DNA of 33,695 nucleotides from Candidatus Methanofastidiosia archaeon (GTDB lineage Archaea > Methanobacteriota_B > Thermococci > Methanofastidiosales > SZ-28-30). Below, piece after piece: positions 1-8,384 of the stretch (position 1 is its first letter; every line of letters starts with the position of its first letter). Under the pieces are notes generated by a model that was given only the letters and a program-made list of their open reading frames with translations, was not told where the DNA came from and did no database searches. Where the stretch lies: positions 1-33,695 of the forward strand of contig JBHIDS010000003.1 of assembly GCA_046760205.1 (NCBI GenBank), written 5' to 3'. Made by a program: the position numbers and the translations under genes.

Positions 1-559
1 CTTCGGCTTCCTCCATAGGTGCAGAGGCTGCAAGGGCTGGGATTTCCATGACGATTTTCCCCCAAATCCCTCCACGCATCTTTATGTGGGTGTAAGCTTT
101 TTCAATGGAATTTATTTTGTACCTCTCATCTCCATCCATAAGCTGGCTTTTCCCCACCAAATTTAGATATCTCTCAAGTTTTGAACAAACATTTTGAAAG
201 CTCTCTTTTGACATTAATCTTGATGCTCTTGAAAGGTGAACTGCAAGCTTTACAAAGAGGATATCTCCAAGTACCATGAAGTTGTTTGCCTTCTGTACAT
301 CAGAAAGCTCATTGAGTGAAGAATCTTTTTTGTCCACAACATCGTCGTGTACAGAGGTGGCGAGAAAGAATGCCTCGCACACCCTCGAAATCTCCTCTGC
401 AAGCTCTTCTTCCCCACCAAATGCTTCGCAGGTAATGAAGGAAAAACATGAAAATATCTTTGCAAGCTCTTTTTCACTCTCGTAGTAATCTAAGAGCTCC
501 AAGAGATTCTCATTCCCATCCTTGAACTCTTCTTTGAGTGAATCGAAAAGACTATTCAT
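1..559 (-). CDS. Polyprenyl synthetase / class I isoprenoid synthase family protein, divergent; 3' part runs off the window
   Basis: Not in the ORF track. Manual translation from ATG 559: MNSLFDSLKEEF...EAFFLATSVHDDVVDKKD...FMVLGDILF...GKSQLMD...; the frame is open to the window edge. It has the first Asp-rich motif DDxxD, the LGD motif and a GQxxD-like motif of trans-prenyltransferases. Confidence 0.75.
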   Translation of the reverse strand, partial: MNSLFDSLKEEFKDGNENLLELLDYYESEKELAKIFSCFSFITCEAFGGEEELAEEISRVCEAFFLATSVHDDVVDKKDSSLNELSDVQKANNFMVLGDILFVKLAVHLSRASRLMSKESFQNVCSKLERYLNLVGKSQLMDGDERYKINSIEKAYTHIKMRGGIWGKIVMEIPALAASAPMEEAE

Positions 560-670
560 ATCAAAGATTTGTATTTTACCTAATAAGTATTTGCTTTTTT
601 GGATTTGAAATTATATGGTTGAAATTTTTGGTGCAAGTGATATTGTATACCCTCAAAAGACAAACCATAA

Positions 671-680
671 ACTTTATATA
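671..680 (+). promoter_or_regulatory. Archaeal TATA box (TTTATATA) for the small ORF at 704
   Basis: ACTTTATATA lies about 30 nt before ATG 704, the spacing of a leaderless transcript. Confidence 0.5.
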
Positions 681-703
681 CAAAAATTTCAACAGGTTTT
701 CAC

Positions 704-868
704 ATGAAGATTTCAGATGAAATAAGGATTTTGATAAGGATGGACAAGAGCATAGAGGAGATAGTGGAATTAGGTTATCCCAGGTATTTGGTATATGAGA
801 TATTTGACAAAGAATTTGCAATACAGATGAATTTAGCCGAAGAAGAGGACTTTCTCACAGACTCCTAG
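704..868 (+). CDS. Small hypothetical protein (54 aa), possibly HTH-like
   Basis: MKISDEIRILIRMDKSIEEIVELGYPRYLVYEIFDKEFAIQMNLAEEEDFLTDS*. It has an upstream TATA box, fills the intergenic gap, and stops 1 nt before the convergent bshA stop. Confidence 0.6.
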   Translation: MKISDEIRILIRMDKSIEEIVELGYPRYLVYEIFDKEFAIQMNLAEEEDFLTDS

Positions 869-869
869 A

Positions 870-1946
870 TCAACCTTTTAAAACCCTCTCATAGTACCTC
901 TCGTACTTTGGGACAATCTTTTCTGGAGTGAAATATCTCAAAACCCTTTTTCTGCCAGCCTCTCCCATCTTTTTTTGTAAATCTTCATCCTCAAGAATCA
1001 TAAGGCACTTTTTGGCAATCTCTTCTATATCCCCCATCTTTACCAAAAAACCACACTCCTTTGTTATAACCTCTAAAAGTCCTCCAGTTTTTGTAGCCAC
1101 AACTGGAATCCCGCAGCTCATCGCCTCCAAGGCTGCAAGTCCAAAGCTCTCCATCTCGGAGGGAAGTAAGAAAAGGGAAGAACTCGACAAAACCTTTGAG
1201 ACATCTCTTAAATTTCCTGTGAACTTTACCATATCTTCAAGACCCAGCTCTTTTGCAAGCCTTTTGGCTTTCAACTTTTCTGGACCATCTCCCACCATTG
1301 TTAACCTGCACTCAATTCTCTTTGTTATCAACTTGAAGGCATGGATTATGTCTGGAATTCTCTTTATTCTTCTAAAGTTGGAGACGTGAACGATGGTCCT
1401 TTCCCTTCTCTCCACAAACCTCCTCTTGAACTTCAAAGGGTCTATGAAGTTGTGAATAACCTCTATATGGTTTTTTATTCCAAACTCTTTTATGGTGAGT
1501 CTTTTTAGATAATTGGAAACAGAGGTTAATCCATCACTCTTTTCCATCGAGAACTTGGTTATACTTTTATACGATGGATCTAGACCAACGAGCTGAACAT
1601 CTGTTCCATGAAGGGTTGTAACGATTTTCACCCTGTTTGTGAGTTTTTTTGCAAGGTATGCAGAGGTGGAATGAGGTATGGCATAGTGAACGTGCAGCAG
1701 TTCGAGTTTTTCCTTCTCACAGACTTCAGCCATCTTTGAGGTTAGAGCCAAGGTATATGGTGGGAACTTGAACAGTGGGTACTTTAGCATATCAACTCTG
1801 TGAAAGTGAACCTTCTCATCCAACCTAAAGGGCAAAGAATAGCTTATGAAGTGTACCTCATGATGTTTGGCAAGCTCTCTTCCAAGCTCAGATGCCACTA
1901 CACCGCTGCCCCCAAAGGTGGGATAACAGGTAATTCCAATCCTCAT
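870..1946 (-). CDS. bshA: N-acetyl-alpha-D-glucosaminyl L-malate synthase BshA (GT4)
   Basis: Signature segments MRIGITCYPTFGGSGVVASELG, FPPYTLAL, LLHVHYAIPH, TTLHGTD, HVSNFR and ESFGLAALEAM. Adjacent to bshB1 and bshC. Confidence 0.93.
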   Translation of the reverse strand: MRIGITCYPTFGGSGVVASELGRELAKHHEVHFISYSLPFRLDEKVHFHRVDMLKYPLFKFPPYTLALTSKMAEVCEKEKLELLHVHYAIPHSTSAYLAKKLTNRVKIVTTLHGTDVQLVGLDPSYKSITKFSMEKSDGLTSVSNYLKRLTIKEFGIKNHIEVIHNFIDPLKFKRRFVERRERTIVHVSNFRRIKRIPDIIHAFKLITKRIECRLTMVGDGPEKLKAKRLAKELGLEDMVKFTGNLRDVSKVLSSSSLFLLPSEMESFGLAALEAMSCGIPVVATKTGGLLEVITKECGFLVKMGDIEEIAKKCLMILEDEDLQKKMGEAGRKRVLRYFTPEKIVPKYERYYERVLKG

Positions 1947-2654
1947 CTAAAACCTCCAAAACTTTAAAGGATCGTCAATCCTTAAAGTATCTCTCACCAA
2001 GAAAGCCTCTCCATACTGAGTGTTTATCATGGCACCATAAAATCTTGCCTTTGCCCTGGTGTGATAGAGATAGTTCTCAGCCCCTATGAATCTGTAGTTT
2101 TTTATCTCTTTTCTATTTAGAAATTGGGTTTTGAAGGCTTTTAAAGCCTCAATCTTTTTCTCAAAGTGGTTGGTGATATCCACTATGAAAGTTGGTCTAA
2201 AGGTGTCATGTACCATGTAGTAGATTAACTGGTTTGGAGAGTGAATATCTAAGTCAAGCTCGATCTTTGAAAGCCTTGCCATAAAGCAAGCCCTCTTACA
2301 GAGTTTGGAGGCTCTTGCATGATCTGGATGTCTGTCGTTCCAATAAGGTGCAAAAACTAAGGAAGGTCTTAACTTTCTAATCCTTTCTGCAAGCAAAACT
2401 CCATTCTCAAAGCTGTTTTCAATTTTACAGTCTCCAAGATTCAAATTCTCCCTCAAATCCAGCCCCAGAACCTCTGAAGATCTCTCAGCCTCTTTAAGTC
2501 TCTTTTTGAAATTTCCCCTCGAACCTAACTCACCTTTAGTTAAGTCTATTATCCCTGTCTTGTATCCTCTGGCTTTGAGCTTTGCCAAAGTCCCACCTAC
2601 TCCAAGCTCTGAATCATCTGGGTGGGCTCCCACAACTAAAACATCTATCTTCAT
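1947..2654 (-). CDS. bshB1: Bacillithiol biosynthesis deacetylase BshB1 (PIG-L/LmbE family)
   Basis: Metal motifs AHPDDxE and DRHPDH, plus DLTKGELGSRG and YGEAF. Lies between bshC and bshA. Confidence 0.9.
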   Translation of the reverse strand: MKIDVLVVGAHPDDSELGVGGTLAKLKARGYKTGIIDLTKGELGSRGNFKKRLKEAERSSEVLGLDLRENLNLGDCKIENSFENGVLLAERIRKLRPSLVFAPYWNDRHPDHARASKLCKRACFMARLSKIELDLDIHSPNQLIYYMVHDTFRPTFIVDITNHFEKKIEALKAFKTQFLNRKEIKNYRFIGAENYLYHTRAKARFYGAMINTQYGEAFLVRDTLRIDDPLKFWRF

Positions 2655-4213
2655 GTATACACCAAAATGTGGTCTCCAGCCTCTGCTTTCTCAAATTCCT
2701 TTTTCAAAAGGTCTATAAAAGTGTTTCCAAATTTAGTGAGATAATAAAATACATTCAGCCTTCTTTCCTGAAGCCTTGATAAGGGAAAGAGGTTGTTGTG
2801 AGCCTTTTCAATCTGAGATCTTAGGATTTCATTTTTCATCTTTACAGAACTTAAAAATTTTGACTTCAAGGAGAACAACTCATTTTCAATTCTCTTACGT
2901 GATGCAAGGGTTGCTCTTTTCAAATTTGGATCTATGGATTCTGCATAATTTGAAATTTCATCGAATTCTTTAAGAATTCCTTTAGAGAAGTCATCGAAAT
3001 TTCCTACTTCTTTCCTTAAAAGTCTTGAAATTGGGCTTTCAAACTCCCTCAACTCAAAAACTTCAAGATTGTACTTTAAAAGAATCTTTTTAATCTTTCT
3101 CTCGACGATGGTGGCACCAAATCTAGGATAGATTGCAGGCATCTCCACTCCAAAGAATTCATAGACTTTCCTCAATTGGGCAAAATATGAGATCTCGGAA
3201 GAGCCCGCCACATAAGATAGGGTGGGAAGGAGATAGTCCTGAAAAACTGGTCTTGTAACAACGTTGGTGCTGAAAGAATCTATTTCAGAGTGTAAAAGCT
3301 CTTCAAACTCCTCTCTTTTGTAAACTCTTTCAGAAACCCTGAACTTGCTCCCATCGAACTCAACCCTCTCTCTTCTCCCATCCTGTATCAAAAAGAGGTT
3401 GCAGCTCCCCAAAACCTTGTGGAGCTTAGGTTTGTACCCTCTTTCTCTTAGCTTTTCAGAGGAGGCTTTAACAAGCTTTGAGATTTTTGTTGGATTTTCA
3501 ATGAGCCTCTCACAGAATTTGGGCATGAACTTTCTCAAAGGGTGAGGTTCTATCAAAATCAAACCATAATTTGAGAACAACCTACTCATGATTCTTGAGA
3601 AGTACTCCCCAAGATTTGTAGATTTTTCAGCCTCTTTTTTAAGCATAAGGATAAAAAAATCCTTGAACTCACTCTCAGATGTGGTTTCATCCATATTTTC
3701 AATCAATTCAAAAACGTTTACCTCACCTGTTTTTATGTCAGAAATACTTTTTTTTTCTATCTTGCCTTTAAGTTCAAGCTTTTCAGGACGGTTGTCTTTT
3801 AGAATATAAGTAGATGCAATCTCCTCAAAGTCATGATCCTCTGAGGCATTCCAGAATAGGGGCACGCACTTTATATTCCTTTTCTTCAACCTCTCACAAA
3901 GTATGATGGCTGTGAGAGCCTTGTAGATGGTAAATAGTGATCCTGTAAAGATTCCTGCTTGCTGTCCAGAAACAACAACATAGGTATCCTCACTTAAAAG
4001 GGTTTCTAGATTCTCAAAGACCTTGTCTCCAGCTTCGATTCTCTTATTGTACTCCCTTAAAACCTTCAAAAGGCTTTCCCTATCTATTTCTCTATTAGAA
4101 ATTTCAATTTTTCTGTAGTCTTTGGCATAGAAGTCTTTCAACTTCTCAAAGTTCAAAATATAATCGTAAGCTATCGTTCCTTTCTTCAAGATCTTGTTCA
4201 TATCTAATTGCAT
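2651..4213 (-). CDS. bshC: Bacillithiol biosynthesis cysteine-adding enzyme BshC
   Basis: GQQAGIFTGxLFTIYKAL, WNASEDHDFEEI, SxNVVTRPVFQDYLLP, YVAGSSEISYF and LQER are BshC/YllA motifs. 520 aa; ATGA overlap with bshB1. Confidence 0.92.
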   Translation of the reverse strand: MQLDMNKILKKGTIAYDYILNFEKLKDFYAKDYRKIEISNREIDRESLLKVLREYNKRIEAGDKVFENLETLLSEDTYVVVSGQQAGIFTGSLFTIYKALTAIILCERLKKRNIKCVPLFWNASEDHDFEEIASTYILKDNRPEKLELKGKIEKKSISDIKTGEVNVFELIENMDETTSESEFKDFFILMLKKEAEKSTNLGEYFSRIMSRLFSNYGLILIEPHPLRKFMPKFCERLIENPTKISKLVKASSEKLRERGYKPKLHKVLGSCNLFLIQDGRRERVEFDGSKFRVSERVYKREEFEELLHSEIDSFSTNVVTRPVFQDYLLPTLSYVAGSSEISYFAQLRKVYEFFGVEMPAIYPRFGATIVERKIKKILLKYNLEVFELREFESPISRLLRKEVGNFDDFSKGILKEFDEISNYAESIDPNLKRATLASRKRIENELFSLKSKFLSSVKMKNEILRSQIEKAHNNLFPLSRLQERRLNVFYYLTKFGNTFIDLLKKEFEKAEAGDHILVYT

Positions 4214-4235
4214 TGAAAACCCTTTAAATTCTCTT

Positions 4236-4243
4236 TATTTAAA
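4236..4243 (-). promoter_or_regulatory. TATA box of the bsh operon
   Basis: TTTAAATA on the minus strand, about 30 nt upstream of the bshC ATG. Confidence 0.5.
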
Positions 4244-4276
4244 CTCTGCTTTACAGGGTTAAATAAAGGCTTTGAG

Positions 4277-4747
4277 TTAGAGAGTTTTCTGGACTTTCTG
4301 ATAATATTCAAGTAGCTCTTCCAAGCTCTTCCAGAGCTCTTCCCTCTCTGACTTCAAACTCTCCAAAGACCCAAAGACCCTCAAAACATCCTCAAAGATT
4401 TTTTTGTTCTTTCTCAAAACCTTCTCTCTCTCCTCCATGATAGAGATGATATCTAGGGTTTCTCCCAGAACCATCCCAAGCTGTATTATCAAAAATATCT
4501 TGTAATCCAAATCATCGCTATCTGCCAACTCATCTATGTAGTGTTTCTCTGAGAAAAGGTTGTCAATTAGCTGTAGGAGATGGGAGTTGAGCCTGCCCAA
4601 AACCTCTATGGCTGTTTTCAAATCCTCCATGAGAAGGTTGATAGAATCTAAACCTTCTGAGAATTCTCGATCATAAAAACTCTCAAAAAAAGTTTTCATT
4701 CCTCGCCGATGAAGCATTTTTATCTTCTTGAGGTCAAGGTCTTTCAT
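4277..4747 (-). CDS. Hypothetical helical/coiled-coil protein (156 aa)
   Basis: The ORF track gives 4277..4879. ATG 4747 (MKDLDLKK...) has a TATA-like CTTATAAG about 25 nt upstream and avoids overlap with the Zn-finger ORF. Confidence 0.6.
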   Translation of the reverse strand: MKDLDLKKIKMLHRRGMKTFFESFYDREFSEGLDSINLLMEDLKTAIEVLGRLNSHLLQLIDNLFSEKHYIDELADSDDLDYKIFLIIQLGMVLGETLDIISIMEEREKVLRKNKKIFEDVLRVFGSLESLKSEREELWKSLEELLEYYQKVQKTL

Positions 4748-4829
4748 TAAGATGAATAGTATTCTAAACTTATAAGGTTTTCTCATCTTTTTGGCTTGGG
4801 ACTTTTTCCACAATTGTAATCTCTTGCTC

Positions 4830-4976
4830 TCAGAGAAAATCTCTCGGAATCTCTTTAAGGGATGTGGGGAAGTACCCACAGTCTGGGCACTCCAAAAGAT
4901 GGGGTTGAGAGAATAAGATATCCTCTTGCAACCTCCAACTTACAGAACCACAGAATGCACACTGGTACATTTTCAT
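4830..4976 (-). CDS. Small CPxCG-type zinc-finger protein (48 aa)
   Basis: MKMYQCAFCGSVSWRLQEDILFSQPHLLECPDCGYFPTSLKEIPRDFL*. It has CxxCG and CPxCG, an SD-like GGTAGGTGG before the ATG, and TTATATATAA at about 5014-5023. Confidence 0.75.
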   Translation of the reverse strand: MKMYQCAFCGSVSWRLQEDILFSQPHLLECPDCGYFPTSLKEIPRDFL

Positions 4977-5077
4977 CCACCTACCAAGGAATTATTACTA
5001 TGAAAATAGTAAGTTATATATAAGGTTTTCGGTTTCCTAGATGAAAAGAAATAAATACCAAAGCGTCAAGGAGCTTT

Positions 5078-6001
5078 ATGATAGAAAATAAGAAAGTGTT
5101 GGTAACAGGTGGTGCAGGATTTATAGGTTCCCACTTAGTGGATTCTCTTTCTGAGAAAAACGAGGTTGTGGTTGTTGACAATCTCTCCTCTGGAAGAAGA
5201 GAATTCTTGAATGATAGAGCCAACTTTATTGAAAAAGACCTCTCAAACTTAGAGGATGTAAAGGCTCACTTCTCAGATGTGGATTTTGTCTTTCACTTAG
5301 CTGCAAACCCAGATGTGAGGGAAGGACTTCTAAATCCTGAGGTTCTTTTGAAACAAAACATAATCTTGACCTTCAATGTCCTGGAAGCCATGAGAGAGAA
5401 TTCGATTAAAAGAATGGTATTCACCTCCTCATCCACAGTTTATGGAGAGGCTCAGATGCCAACATCAGAAGAACATCCATGCCTTCCAATCTCCCTCTAT
5501 GGAGCTTCAAAGCTTTCCTGTGAGGCGCTGATCTCCTCATACTGCCACTCCTTTGAGATGCAATCTCATATTTTAAGACTTGCAAACATAGTGGGAGAGA
5601 GAAGCACCCATGGAGTGATTTTAGACTTTATAGAAAAGCTTAGGAAAAAACCAGAAGAGCTTGAGATTTTAGGAAATGGAAGCCAAAAGAAATCCTATCT
5701 TCACATCTCAGATTGCATAGATGCAACCTTCTTTTCTCTTGAAAAGAGCAAAGGTAAAGTAAATATCTTCAACATAGGTTCAAAGGACACTATAACTGTT
5801 GAAAGGATTGGAAAGATCGTTTCAGAAGAGATGAATTTGAATCCAAAGTTCAAATTCACTGGAGGAAAGAGGGGATGGAGAGGGGATGTCCCCAAGATGC
5901 TCTTGAACCTTGAGAAAATAGAGAAATTGGGATGGAATCCAAGGTACTCTTCAGAAGAGAGTGTGAGAGAGGCTGTGAGAGGTTGTCTTGGAAAGGTTTA
6001 A
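5078..6001 (+). CDS. NAD-dependent epimerase/dehydratase (UDP-glucose 4-epimerase-like)
   Basis: TGGAGFIGSH Rossmann motif, SSSTVYG and catalytic YGASK. Confidence 0.9.
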   Translation: MIENKKVLVTGGAGFIGSHLVDSLSEKNEVVVVDNLSSGRREFLNDRANFIEKDLSNLEDVKAHFSDVDFVFHLAANPDVREGLLNPEVLLKQNIILTFNVLEAMRENSIKRMVFTSSSTVYGEAQMPTSEEHPCLPISLYGASKLSCEALISSYCHSFEMQSHILRLANIVGERSTHGVILDFIEKLRKKPEELEILGNGSQKKSYLHISDCIDATFFSLEKSKGKVNIFNIGSKDTITVERIGKIVSEEMNLNPKFKFTGGKRGWRGDVPKMLLNLEKIEKLGWNPRYSSEESVREAVRGCLGKV

Positions 6002-6024
6002 AAACTCATACATAGACACAAATC

Positions 6025-8289
6025 ATGAAAAGGATTCTTGGGGTTCTGTTTCTACTTTTCTTGATTTCCTCAATTTCCAGAACCTCCCCTCAAGACTATG
6101 ATTTTTATCTGGTTTGGGAGAAGGATTTTTGGTCCGTCTTAGGACACTCGACTCACTTTGTTGATATTGATGGCGGTTTATTAGAAATCTTTGTTATTGG
6201 GAAAACATCAAAAGAAGAAGATCCTGGATTTTTTGTTTTAAATGCTTTTGGGGAAAAGATCTTTAGAAGAGAAATGTTTTTTAATTTAAAATTCTTCTTC
6301 ACTGACTTGGAGAATGATGGATTTAAAGAAATTTTCTATTTTAGAAGAATCCCTTTGAATGAAAAGCGAGAAGAGCGCCTTGAAAGAATAGAGGTTTTGA
6401 ATCATGAGGGTATTCTACTTTGGTCATATGACTATATGAAAACTTCTGAGTTACTTTATTCATTACCAGATTTCATATTTCATGATATCAACGATGATGG
6501 TTTGAAGGAGATTTTCGTAGGCAATCTCATTTTTGATGCTGAGGGAAATGTGATACAAACTTTCGATGAATTCTTCAATTGTGTTGGCGTTGGAGATTTC
6601 AACGATGATGGCGAGATTGAGGTCTTGCTTTTGAAGGAATTTTATCCTAAAGAAACTCTTATAAGGGAACAAACTTTTGAAATATCTGATTTGGAAGGTG
6701 AAGTTCTTTGGGAATATCAAGTGGTACAAGAACACAATTTTGAAGGTAGAGTTTGGACACAGCTCTTAGATTTGGATGGAGATGGAAAGAAAGAATTGAT
6801 ATTTTTCGAAAATGGTCTTATTTATCGATTGAATCCAAATAACTTCTCTGAAAAAATAGTTATACTTAAGCTAAAAGAGGAGGTCGCACCTGGTTGGGTT
6901 TATCCTTTTTTAGAGATCAAAGATATAGGTGGAGATGGAAATCAAGAGTATTTGGTTTTGACACAAGATTGGTACAAACACGAACAAAAATTTTATGTTT
7001 TTGATGAGAATAAGAGATTTCTTTGGGAGTATGAAAATATGAATTGGGATATGATTGAAGAAAGAGATCTGGAAAACGATGGAAAGTTAGAGTTCTTTTT
7101 TTCAAATTCCAAAGATTTCGATGTGGATTTAGGTGTTTTTGATGTTCTTAATTATGATGGAAAAAGAAGATGGGGTTTGATATTTAATAATCATGTAGAG
7201 TTTGAAGTTTGGGATGTGAATCTCGATGGAGAAAAGGAAATCATTGCTTATGATTCCTTAGCTAGGAAAGAGTCTTTTATCAACATTTTCAACCCGCAAG
7301 GCGAGTTGATCAAGAGGTTTGAGATTGAACAATACTCCACGATTTTCTTTCATGATTTTGATAATGATAAAGATTTGGATTTTTTGGTTCTAACCTATAC
7401 AGAAGATTTTTCAAAAGGAAAGCTCTCCCTTTACTCAAACTCCTTAAATAATGGACCTTTGGATGAGATTTCAAATAGAGCCGTAAAGCTTCAAGGAGCA
7501 GATTTAGAAAAGGCAGGGTTTGAGGATTTTGACAGAATAAAATATGAATGGAGAAGGCTTTCTCGTATTTTGAAAAAATCTTATACTCAAAGAAATCCAT
7601 TTTATCTAATTATAAAATACAGAACTCAAGCAAAGTTCTTTTTTGGATTCTTCACTATCCTCTTCATGACCTTATCCCTGTATCTAACCAGGTTCTTCAA
7701 AAAGAAAGAATCAAAATGGGAGATTTTATGGAGTTTTAAAAAAGTAATTCTGTACTTTATCGCTTTGATGTTATTATCTCTTCTCGCTCTCATCTACTTT
7801 CTCTACAAGATCTTAAAATCATCTGAGGATTACAAGAAGGCTCTTGGATTTGTTAAAATCACAAAAAGACAGATTTTCATCACTATTGTCATAGGTTTGA
7901 TTCTCTTCTTTGCAAGCTCAAGTTTGACTGTTCTTTTTGCTCTCAGTGACATAAAACTTCCAGACATTTCAAGAGCTGAATATCTTATTAAAAACTACCT
8001 TCTCTTCGCAATCCTTCTAATGGTGATAACTGAATCCATAGGAGAAGAAATAATATTCTCAAGTTATCTCTACCCAATCCTTAGAAACAAGTTAGGAGTA
8101 AAGCTTGGAATCTTCTCAATTGCCTCGTTATTCTCAGTGATGCACCTTGAGCCAGTTTTCATTTCAATATTCTTCATTGAATCTTTGATAAAAACCTACA
8201 TCTACGAAAAGACCCACTGCATATACGTTCCAATGATAATTCATTTCATACATAACTCCATAGTTGTAGCTCTGATTTACTTCACCTGA
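6025..8289 (+). CDS. Membrane protein with extracellular FG-GAP/VCBS-like repeats fused to a C-terminal CPBP (Abi/CAAX) intramembrane protease domain
   Basis: N-terminal signal peptide; repeated Dx[DN]xDGxxE loops (DLENDGFKE, DINDDGLKE, DFNDDGEIE, DLDGDGKKE, DVNLDGEKE, DFDNDKDLD); TM region with GEEIIFS, FSVMH and HFIHN. Confidence 0.75.
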   Translation: MKRILGVLFLLFLISSISRTSPQDYDFYLVWEKDFWSVLGHSTHFVDIDGGLLEIFVIGKTSKEEDPGFFVLNAFGEKIFRREMFFNLKFFFTDLENDGFKEIFYFRRIPLNEKREERLERIEVLNHEGILLWSYDYMKTSELLYSLPDFIFHDINDDGLKEIFVGNLIFDAEGNVIQTFDEFFNCVGVGDFNDDGEIEVLLLKEFYPKETLIREQTFEISDLEGEVLWEYQVVQEHNFEGRVWTQLLDLDGDGKKELIFFENGLIYRLNPNNFSEKIVILKLKEEVAPGWVYPFLEIKDIGGDGNQEYLVLTQDWYKHEQKFYVFDENKRFLWEYENMNWDMIEERDLENDGKLEFFFSNSKDFDVDLGVFDVLNYDGKRRWGLIFNNHVEFEVWDVNLDGEKEIIAYDSLARKESFINIFNPQGELIKRFEIEQYSTIFFHDFDNDKDLDFLVLTYTEDFSKGKLSLYSNSLNNGPLDEISNRAVKLQGADLEKAGFEDFDRIKYEWRRLSRILKKSYTQRNPFYLIIKYRTQAKFFFGFFTILFMTLSLYLTRFFKKKESKWEILWSFKKVILYFIALMLLSLLALIYFLYKILKSSEDYKKALGFVKITKRQIFITIVIGLILFFASSSLTVLFALSDIKLPDISRAEYLIKNYLLFAILLMVITESIGEEIIFSSYLYPILRNKLGVKLGIFSIASLFSVMHLEPVFISIFFIESLIKTYIYEKTHCIYVPMIIHFIHNSIVVALIYFT

Positions 8290-8326
8290 TTGGTTTAAAT
8301 CTCTTCAAAATTCTCACGGTACTAAC

Positions 8327-8340
8327 CGAAATGTTTATAT
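8327..8340 (+). promoter_or_regulatory. BRE-TATA promoter of the aglJ-like gene
   Basis: CGAAATGTTTATAT; the same 14-mer recurs at 10240-10253. Confidence 0.6.
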
Positions 8341-8384
8341 ATTAATAGTTAACAATACTAATTAATAGTGAAGAAGGAGGTTGT

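Noticed and set aside
250-821. Track ORFs 250..477, 276..485, 538..720 and 576..821
   Set aside because: Alternate-frame or antisense shadows of the prenyltransferase gene and the 54-aa ORF.
870-2654. Mycothiol (mshA/mshB) interpretation
   Set aside because: BshA-specific motifs and the adjacent BshC, with no MshC/MshD, indicate bacillithiol.
4748-4879. N-terminal extension of the 200-aa ORF
   Set aside because: Overlaps the better-supported Zn-finger ORF, and a TATA box supports ATG 4747.
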